Origin: an uncultured Candidatus Poseidoniales archaeon
Lineage (GTDB): Archaea > Thermoplasmatota > Poseidoniia > Poseidoniales > Thalassarchaeaceae
Assembly (NCBI GenBank): GCA_963968165.1
Contig: CAXAFE010000005.1
Coordinates: 24,047-88,046 of the forward strand
DNA length: 64,000 nucleotides
Reading direction: 5' to 3'
Each line of letters begins with the position of its first letter. The first letter of the stretch is position 1. Shown here piece by piece: positions 28,343-35,338 of the stretch. A program made the position numbers and the translations under genes. The notes beneath the pieces are model-generated. The model had not been told where the DNA came from. It did not search any database and was given only the letters and a program-made list of their open reading frames with translations.

Positions 28343-28870
28343 TTATTTATTTTTGAAAAATCTTGCACACTTCGGACATCTTTTTGGCACACTGACTCTT
28401 CTTCTGTCCCAAGTATGCCCACATTCTCCACATATCCACTGTCTTTCAGGTAGTTTATCTAAAACCTGCTGCCTTAATTCTCTGAGAACTGCGGAATCTT
28501 TTAGTTTTGGTGCCGGTGCAATTTTATTTACCATTTCTCTATGCTTATCTGTGTGGTCAGTTAGGCCTGCAGCATGCAATAATTCATGAGCAAGAGTGTG
28601 ATTAAATAATAACTCATCTAAAGATAATATTGGATTAAGGGCAATTATAATGGGTCCAGGTGACATCTTCAATCTCTTTCTTCTGAAAATTTCATTATGA
28701 TCGTATTCAAATCTTGTAAATCCTAGTCGAGTCTCTTCTTTCTCTGCCCAAATCAATTTAACCTGACTCTCTAGAAAATCTATAAAAGGCGCTTTTGTAT
28801 CTTTTAGTGTATTTTTTATAGAATTTATCATACCAGAAGGTACTTCAGGGTTTTTAGATACATCTATCAT
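28343..28870 (-). CDS. SprT/DUF45-like zinc metalloprotease with C-terminal zinc ribbon
   Basis: HELLHAAGLTDH (HExxH plus a downstream His); C-terminal CGECGHTW...RCPKCARFF = CxxC...CxxC ribbon. Confidence 0.6.
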   Translation of the reverse strand: MIDVSKNPEVPSGMINSIKNTLKDTKAPFIDFLESQVKLIWAEKEETRLGFTRFEYDHNEIFRRKRLKMSPGPIIIALNPILSLDELLFNHTLAHELLHAAGLTDHTDKHREMVNKIAPAPKLKDSAVLRELRQQVLDKLPERQWICGECGHTWDRRRVSVPKRCPKCARFFKNK

Positions 28871-28936
28871 ACGCTATAACTCCTTATATCCGTAGTCCAT
28901 TCTACTTAAATGGTCACCGTTATAGGAACTCTTGAC

Positions 28937-29013
28937 GGGCGTGTGGCGCAGCTTGGAAGCGCGCTTCCTTGGCATGGAAGAGGCCCCGAGTTCAAATCTC
29001 GGCACGTCCACCA
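28937..29013 (+). tRNA. tRNA-Ala (anticodon GGC), CCA encoded
   Basis: Acceptor GGGCGTG/CACGTCC with the G3:U70 Ala identity pair, D arm GCGC-AGCTTGGAA-GCGC, anticodon arm CTTCC-TTGGCAT-GGAAG, T loop TTCAAAT. Confidence 0.9.
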
Positions 29014-29110
29014 TATTTTGAATTATGTTCGGACATATTATAATTTTAAAAAAAGAATGTTTATGTTAAAAATTTAGATAGAGGTTTGGCTGTATTAGAA
29101 ATAAATTAAA

Positions 29111-30379
29111 TCAATCCTTTGTAGGATAAAGAGAACTTTCAATCCTTTGAAATTTTCTAAATGGTGGTATCAAAATACCAATTGTTGTTACTAAAACCAT
29201 TGCCGATACAGCAATTATATACGTAAATAATACACTCGTATCTTCTATCAGAAATCCTCCAAATAGTGGTGCCAAAGGTATGAAAATTAATGAACATAAA
29301 CTATCCAATGAATTTACCCTACCTCTCAAATATTGATCAACGCTATCTGATATCGATGTTCTCCATATTACAATCAACGATCCTCCCATGACTCCTTCGA
29401 TAACAACAAAAATTAATATTAACCAATATGGTATAGGCATAGCCCACATCAGCATCGACCAAGATATCAATCCAATCAATATGTAGAAAACCATGCCTCT
29501 ATATTTCTTAGGAATTGGATATATTCCCATTAAAGCAGAACCAATTAATGCCCCTAATGCTCCCAATGCCCCAAATATACCAAACATTATTGCTATTCCA
29601 TTCTCAGAAATTCCCATCTCAATGCCCTTTGTAGTAACAATAAATGGAATTCCTATATCGATTGCTGAATTTCCAAAGTGCCATATCATAGCTATTATTA
29701 GCCCTGCAAATAACCATGGCTGTGTTTTAACAAAACCAATTGCTTCGAATATTTCTAACTTCATACTTCGATGTTCATTTTTACCCTTTATCTGAACCTC
29801 GGAGATCGTCCAAAGAATAATGCCACTTACCAAGAATGTGACTACATCTACCATAAAGCAAAATTCTATACCCCACTTTCCAACGAGAATTGAACCTATT
29901 AAGGGTCCAATTATCCAAGCTATCTGTGTGAAAACTCCTCTTATTGAATTAGCCTGCGCTAGTAACCTTTCTTCTACTAAATCAGGAATAAGGGCATTAA
30001 CTGCTGGTATTGAGAAAGCAGATGCTCCTCCAACAAGAAACGCTGTAATTAGTAATGTATTGATGATGGGAGCCCCCATAAACATCATAATTGCGCTAAC
30101 TGCTATTATTCCTGCTTCAACTAAATTTGCAATTAAAGCTACTGTTCTCCGGGGTAATCTATCAACAACCATGCCTGCATACATCAAAAGAGGTAGATGG
30201 CCTAGAAAATACGCAGTAAAAATTAATCCATAAGCCCGGGGCCCTCCAACCTGTGCCACAACCCAACTCATACTAATTATGAAAATAGAATTCCCAATAG
30301 TATTGATTCCATTTCCTATCATGAAGCGTCTAAATTCAGGGATAGCCCAAGCTTCCCTCATAGACATGCCACCGCCCAA
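29111..30379 (-). CDS. MFS transporter (EntS/macrolide-efflux-like subfamily)
   Basis: About 12 TM; N-terminus EFRRFMIGNGINTIGNSIFIISMSWVV is typical of the MFS_3-type family. The exact start among the first Met codons is uncertain. Confidence 0.75.
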   Translation of the reverse strand: MGGGMSMREAWAIPEFRRFMIGNGINTIGNSIFIISMSWVVAQVGGPRAYGLIFTAYFLGHLPLLMYAGMVVDRLPRRTVALIANLVEAGIIAVSAIMMFMGAPIINTLLITAFLVGGASAFSIPAVNALIPDLVEERLLAQANSIRGVFTQIAWIIGPLIGSILVGKWGIEFCFMVDVVTFLVSGIILWTISEVQIKGKNEHRSMKLEIFEAIGFVKTQPWLFAGLIIAMIWHFGNSAIDIGIPFIVTTKGIEMGISENGIAIMFGIFGALGALGALIGSALMGIYPIPKKYRGMVFYILIGLISWSMLMWAMPIPYWLILIFVVIEGVMGGSLIVIWRTSISDSVDQYLRGRVNSLDSLCSLIFIPLAPLFGGFLIEDTSVLFTYIIAVSAMVLVTTIGILIPPFRKFQRIESSLYPTKD

Positions 30380-30513
30380 CCAATTTATGCCTTTGAATAT
30401 GGTCTAAATAATTTGTTAAATTATTTTTTATTATTGAATTATCATTTGTTCATATAACTAAGATAAAATAAAAAACTGTAAATACAAATGAAAAAATTAA
30501 TTTTAAATAACTT

Positions 30514-30523
30514 GACAATTGTC
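30514..30523. promoter_or_regulatory. Perfect 10-bp palindrome GACAATTGTC in the AT-rich divergent intergenic region upstream of glnA
   Basis: Self-complementary, ~96 nt upstream of glnA ATG 30619, inside a 240-nt spacer that is extremely AT-rich. Confidence 0.3.
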
Positions 30524-30618
30524 TAGTTTTATTCAATTTAAAAATTATTATAGTTAGTATTATATTAAAAATGTACTCAATCAAATATATAATAAACCTG
30601 AATATCATCGCAGTCTAT

Positions 30619-31629
30619 ATGATGAATAAAGCGAAACTCGAATATATATGGTTAGACGGATATTTCCCTACTCAAAATATGAGAAGTAAAACTATGATAA
30701 TTGAAGATTTCAGTGGCGATTTAGAAGATTGTCCGACTTGGTGCTTTGACGGAAGCTCAACAAAACAAGCCGAAGGAAACTCCTCAGATTGTTTATTAAA
30801 GCCAGTTGCTATTTATCCAGACCCAATGAGATTGAATGGTTACTTAGTTATGAATGAAGTTTTAAATCCTGATTCTAGCCCTCACATATCAAATGGAAGA
30901 TCTACGATAGATGATGATGATGATGATTTTTGGTTCGGTTTCGAACAAGAATATTTCATTATGGATGTCCAAACACAGTTACCTTTAGGATTCCCTTTGG
31001 GAGGGTACCCAGGCCCTCAAGGATTATATTATTGTTCAGTAGGTGGCAAGAATACGCATGGACGAGATTTTGTTGAAGAGCATGCAGACTTATGCTTGGA
31101 TGCCGGAATAAACTTTGAAGGAATAAATCAAGAAGTTGCCTGCGGCCAATGGGAGTTTCAATTATTCGCCAAAGGAGCAAAAAAAGCTGGCGATGAATTG
31201 TGGATAGCCAGATATCTATTGGATAGATTAACTGAAAAATATGGATATTACATCGAATATCATCCTAAGCCAATTAAGGGAGACTGGAATGGCTCAGGAA
31301 TGCATGCTAATTTTTCCGATACAAATTTAAGATCAAGTGGAAGTAAAGATATTTTTGATAAGGTATGTATGGCATTTGGAGAAAATATAAAGATGCATAT
31401 GGATGTTTATGGGGCCCATAATGAATTAAGATTAACGGGCCTCCATGAGACTCAATCTATACATGAGTTCTCTTATGGTGTTTCTGACAGAGGTGCATCA
31501 ATTAGAATACCAATCGGTACGGTCGAGGATGGTTGGAAAGGTAGGTTAGAAGATAGAAGGCCAGCATCAAATGCTGATCCTTATAAAATTGCATCTGTAA
31601 TTGTAAAAACTACAAAATCTGCGTATTAA
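30619..31629 (+). CDS. glnA: Glutamine synthetase, type II (eukaryote-like)
   Basis: LEYIWLDGY, WCFDGSSTKQAEGNSSD, WFGFEQEYF, GYPGPQGLYYCSVG, ACGQWEFQ, GSGMHANFS are GSII-type motifs. Start placed at ATG 30619. Confidence 0.85.
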   Translation: MMNKAKLEYIWLDGYFPTQNMRSKTMIIEDFSGDLEDCPTWCFDGSSTKQAEGNSSDCLLKPVAIYPDPMRLNGYLVMNEVLNPDSSPHISNGRSTIDDDDDDFWFGFEQEYFIMDVQTQLPLGFPLGGYPGPQGLYYCSVGGKNTHGRDFVEEHADLCLDAGINFEGINQEVACGQWEFQLFAKGAKKAGDELWIARYLLDRLTEKYGYYIEYHPKPIKGDWNGSGMHANFSDTNLRSSGSKDIFDKVCMAFGENIKMHMDVYGAHNELRLTGLHETQSIHEFSYGVSDRGASIRIPIGTVEDGWKGRLEDRRPASNADPYKIASVIVKTTKSAY

Positions 31630-32576
31630 TTATTGTGTAAAATTTCAATCACTTCATCGGCGCATCCCCAAGACAGCGTTACGCCTGATCCGCCATGACC
31701 ATAATTATGAATGATTATTTTTTCTTCAATTGATTCTTTTTCAAGTCGTACCTCATTTCTGGAAGGTCGTAAGCCAACTGATACGCCAATGATTTTTTCT
31801 CTGTCCAATTCCGGCCATAATGACTCACATTTAATCAAAATATCTTCAGTGTCCTCTTCCCTAATTTCCATTGACCAATCATTTATCTGAGCAGTCCCTC
31901 CTAAAACTGTTACATCGTTTCTTGGTATGGTGTATGTCAGAGTTTCTGGTTGTTGATCATATCTCCCAATTCCGGGGTCTTGTTCGATGTACAGAACCTG
32001 CCCCCTTATCGGCGTTACCTGCAAATCTTTACACAGTTCTCTTGCTCCAAGTCCCACACAATTAATTATAATATTTTCATCTAAATCAGAGAAATTTATC
32101 AATTTTTTTTCTTTAAATTTACAATTCATTTTTGTTAATTCATTTTTCATCCATGGCATATAAAGATTCATTTGAATGACAGGAGCCTCAAATTCCCAAC
32201 CAAAAACATAATCATTTACTAGCTCATCATTATTCAATATCCTAAATCCATTTATTCCTTGGGTCCATTCGTGAGGACTTATAATTTCTCTTAGAAATTC
32301 TCTTCCCTTTCTAATTGTAACTCCAGATTCTGGAAATTCTTCTGCTAATCTATATAATTCTGCATAAGTTTCTAAACCCCATCTGTTAGTTTTTTCTATC
32401 GGATATGATAAGAATGGATACCAAACCGCAGCGGCAACATCTGAAACAGTATTTGGACTGAATTTATCTGCATAAATTGTTACTTTATGATTATTTTGTA
32501 ACAGCCTCATTGCAGAAGACATACCTGAAATTCCAGCGCCTATAACTCCGCATTCCATATGTTCCGTAATACTCAC
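31626..32576 (-). CDS. D-amino-acid oxidase-like FAD flavoprotein
   Basis: Dinucleotide fold CGVIGAGISGMSSA; SDVAAAVWYPF; C-terminal HNYGHGGSGVTLSWGCA, typical of the DAAO family; 316 aa. Confidence 0.75.
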   Translation of the reverse strand: MSITEHMECGVIGAGISGMSSAMRLLQNNHKVTIYADKFSPNTVSDVAAAVWYPFLSYPIEKTNRWGLETYAELYRLAEEFPESGVTIRKGREFLREIISPHEWTQGINGFRILNNDELVNDYVFGWEFEAPVIQMNLYMPWMKNELTKMNCKFKEKKLINFSDLDENIIINCVGLGARELCKDLQVTPIRGQVLYIEQDPGIGRYDQQPETLTYTIPRNDVTVLGGTAQINDWSMEIREEDTEDILIKCESLWPELDREKIIGVSVGLRPSRNEVRLEKESIEEKIIIHNYGHGGSGVTLSWGCADEVIEILHNN

Positions 32577-32641
32577 TAGTCCATAAGTAGACTACACAAT
32601 TTACTTGAATGATATACCTTTTAGGTAATCTTGGTGGTATC

Positions 32642-32827
32642 ATGCCAAAGGTAAAGAGGCCTAAAAAAGGATGGTTTCGAATATCGAAGAAACGTATATT
32701 TCGAGGACCATCAATAAAAGCAAGCGAAAAAGGCCTCCCACCATGTCCGGCCTGCAACTTATGGACAATGCAAAGAGATAACAAACGCAATGAATTATAT
32801 TGCGGGTCCTGCGGTGCAATCCTTTGA
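32642..32827 (+). CDS. Small basic protein with TFIIB-type zinc ribbon
   Basis: 61 aa from ATG 32642 (GGTGGT upstream). PPCPACNLWTMQRDNKRNELYCGSCGAIL matches the CPxC...ExxCxxCGxxL pattern. Confidence 0.4.
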   Translation: MPKVKRPKKGWFRISKKRIFRGPSIKASEKGLPPCPACNLWTMQRDNKRNELYCGSCGAIL

Positions 32828-32867
32828 AAACGGTAAATCCAATATGGTACAATAGTGTCGGAGGTAC

Positions 32868-32932
32868 GCCACTGTGATGAAAAACCGCACCGGGCACATC
32901 AGGTGTCAAGAGTGATGGGCGATCTGAGTGGC
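32868..32932 (+). ncRNA. Candidate box C/D sRNA (free-standing)
   Basis: Perfect C box GTGATGA (32874-32880) and D box CTGA (32924-32927). They are flanked by a 5-bp terminal stem GCCAC/GTGGC with a 3-nt bulge, the canonical k-turn layout. Total 65 nt. The internal D'/C' boxes are degenerate (GGCA / GTCAAGA). Confidence 0.5.
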
Positions 32933-32948
32933 ACATGGAATTGAGACA

Positions 32949-34496
32949 ATGTCAGGAGATAAGATAATTATCGATTCAATGAATAGGAAATTTAGAATAC
33001 CTGCTCCAATAAGTTTAACAAATCCTCCTAATAATATACAATTTGCAAGAAAAAGTAAACCATGGAAAATTTATTTTGAAATGTTATCTACTGTTTTACC
33101 TGCCTTCTTTTTGTTATATACCTCATTATTTATCATAATTGGAATCATAAATTTTGATCCTTTAATGACTCTTTCTGGAGGATTTTGCAGTTTACCTCTC
33201 TTGATGATATTACTTCGTCTCCATAGGCCAAATTTAATCCATGTTCAGGTTGCAACGCCGGTTGATGATGGAAATTTCATACACTCACTACCTGGAGGAG
33301 GTTCGATTAATACTATAGTCAAAACACATTTCAAGAGATTTATAGTTAGGGATGACTCAGTTCTTGAGATGCCACCAAGTAAACAATTATGGATGCTTTT
33401 CTCGATAGTATTGGGTATTGGAATTCTTTCCTCATTTATTTTTCTCTCTCAAAATTCTCAAGATATAGGATTAATTCTTTTTGTGATTGTAGCCCTGCCA
33501 CTTTGGTTAATTGGATTTTCTCTCCCAGTTTTAGCATGGTGGGGGACTTCTACACAATCACTGGGTATGCCAACAAAGAAAAGAGATGCAGAATCATGGT
33601 TATTAGCAGGTATGGCTGCAGCATTTCCGGCTTTCATTTTCAATAGTTTTGTGGCACCTTCAATTATCCCAAATAACTTTCCCTCATGGGCGAACGAATT
33701 AGCTATATTAGCAATAAGTGCTCCTCTTTGTGAAGAATTATTTAAAGGGCTAGCAATAGCATTCTTTTTACCTTTAATAAAAGGCCCCAAACACGGCTTC
33801 CAAATCGGCTTTACCGTCGGATTAGGTTTTGCATTAATAGAAAATTTTCAGTATGTCGGATTATCCTTAGCCGGAGGGCCACTGGGAGTGACTATGACCA
33901 TACTAGTAAGGGGCATTGGATCAATTCCTGCTCATGCGGTATGGGCAGGTGTAACTGGAACAGCAATAGGATGGTTATCACTAGAACCTAATATTAAAAA
34001 TAAAATTAATAATTTTAGCAAAATAAATTTAATAAATAATAAAGTCAATAATCATACTAATATAAGCAATTATAAATATAATTTAATTACTAATCCCGAC
34101 AGTATTAGTCCATTAGGAAATAATATTTATGATGAAAATAAGCCATGGCTCCTACTCGATAAAAACTCAAATATTATAAATGAAAATAGCCATAAAACGT
34201 ATGATTATTATGAAAATAGTTACTCTACACACAAAGAAACCGTTTATAATAAATATGAAAATTCAGGTTTAATGCCTCCAAAATCAATACTAAATGCATT
34301 ATTTATAGCAATTTTTGGCCATTCATTTTGGAACGCTACTTCTTACATGGCTTACTATCTACCAGAATCAAATAATTTCAATACCAGTTATGTAATATTA
34401 ATATCAATAGTTTGGACTATTTTTCTAGTCTTATGTGTATTGTATATTGCAATTCAATTACTAAGAGGTGTTAGATCGATTGATATTCCTAATTAG
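32949..34496 (+). CDS. PrsW-family intramembrane protease-like protein with an Asn-rich insertion
   Basis: PLCEELFKG (EExxK), GFALIENFQY, PAHAVWAGVTG, FGHSFWNAT (HxxxN). The start may be ATG 32949 or GTG 32928; I prefer 32949 because 32928-32932 is the sRNA stem. Confidence 0.55.
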   Translation: MSGDKIIIDSMNRKFRIPAPISLTNPPNNIQFARKSKPWKIYFEMLSTVLPAFFLLYTSLFIIIGIINFDPLMTLSGGFCSLPLLMILLRLHRPNLIHVQVATPVDDGNFIHSLPGGGSINTIVKTHFKRFIVRDDSVLEMPPSKQLWMLFSIVLGIGILSSFIFLSQNSQDIGLILFVIVALPLWLIGFSLPVLAWWGTSTQSLGMPTKKRDAESWLLAGMAAAFPAFIFNSFVAPSIIPNNFPSWANELAILAISAPLCEELFKGLAIAFFLPLIKGPKHGFQIGFTVGLGFALIENFQYVGLSLAGGPLGVTMTILVRGIGSIPAHAVWAGVTGTAIGWLSLEPNIKNKINNFSKINLINNKVNNHTNISNYKYNLITNPDSISPLGNNIYDENKPWLLLDKNSNIINENSHKTYDYYENSYSTHKETVYNKYENSGLMPPKSILNALFIAIFGHSFWNATSYMAYYLPESNNFNTSYVILISIVWTIFLVLCVLYIAIQLLRGVRSIDIPN

Positions 34497-34571
34497 AATA
34501 TAAGTTGCTCTATTTGACATTCGGAGGGAATCCTTCTTGACTATTGATACTAGCAGGAATGCAAGGATAAG

Positions 34572-35309
34572 GTGGAACTCATGGATGAAGAATTAATTTC
34601 TATACTCTTAGTTTCAGTCTTACTCATAATATCCAAGGTGTATGATTTCTTGGACGTTGGTGGCCTTTTGGCCGCTTTAAGTATAGGTTTAATAATCTCA
34701 TTATTCGGCCATTGGACATGGTTAATAGTCCTAATGTCCTTTTTAATTATGTCTTCAATTGTAACTAAATGGAGATATGAGGAAAAATCTCTACTATCCG
34801 TAGAGGAGTCCAATGAAGGTACAAGAGGTTGGAAAAACGTAATTGCCAATGGAGGCGCGGCATCCATAGTTGCGATAACTCATTACATAATCGGCGGTCA
34901 TGAGATATCTTATTTTGCCTTTTGTGCGTGTGTAAGCGTTGCATCATCAGACACAATGGCTTCTGAAATTGGAAGTTTAGACCCTCGTACAAGAATTATT
35001 ACTACGTTAGCTGCTGTCCCCGCAGGTACAAATGGCGGAATGTCTCCGACCGGAACTATTGCGGCATTTTATGGTGGATTAATGATAGCAATCATTTCTA
35101 CATTATTGGGGGCATTAAATGGGGACCAATTATCTCCATTATTCTTTTTCCTTACAATAACTGCTATCGGATGGCTTGGGTGCCAAATAGACTCATTATT
35201 GGGTGCAATATTAGAAAATAGGGGATATCTTGGAAAACATAGTGTAAACTTTATTTCTACTCTTGCAGGGGCATTCATGGCGTTATATGCCGTATATATT
35301 TTTATTTAA
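34572..35309 (+). CDS. DUF92/TMEM19-family integral membrane protein
   Basis: About 7 TM; GTRGWKNVIANGG resembles the conserved DUF92 loop. The start could be ATG 34581. Confidence 0.5.
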   Translation: MELMDEELISILLVSVLLIISKVYDFLDVGGLLAALSIGLIISLFGHWTWLIVLMSFLIMSSIVTKWRYEEKSLLSVEESNEGTRGWKNVIANGGAASIVAITHYIIGGHEISYFAFCACVSVASSDTMASEIGSLDPRTRIITTLAAVPAGTNGGMSPTGTIAAFYGGLMIAIISTLLGALNGDQLSPLFFFLTITAIGWLGCQIDSLLGAILENRGYLGKHSVNFISTLAGAFMALYAVYIFI

Positions 35310-35338
35310 TGGATTAAATTTCAAAAGGACGGAATGAT

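Noticed and set aside
29493-30233. Plus-strand ORFs 29493..29795 (with PNAPNAPNIPN periodicity) and 29820..30233
   Set aside because: They lie antisense to a well-supported MFS transporter. The periodicity mirrors Gly/Ala-rich TM helices on the other strand.
30910-30927. (GAT)6 microsatellite
   Set aside because: It encodes an in-frame poly-Asp loop in glutamine synthetase just before the conserved WFGFEQEY. It is benign and not a separate element.
32912-32923. Complementarity between the D guide of the free-standing sRNA (GTGATGGGCGAT) and the 3' acceptor strand of tRNA-Arg at 28209-28219
   Set aside because: It rests on a shared 7-mer (GGGCGAT) plus a wobble and a mismatch. That is expected by chance in 64 kb, and it would target an acceptor-stem position that is not normally ribose-methylated.
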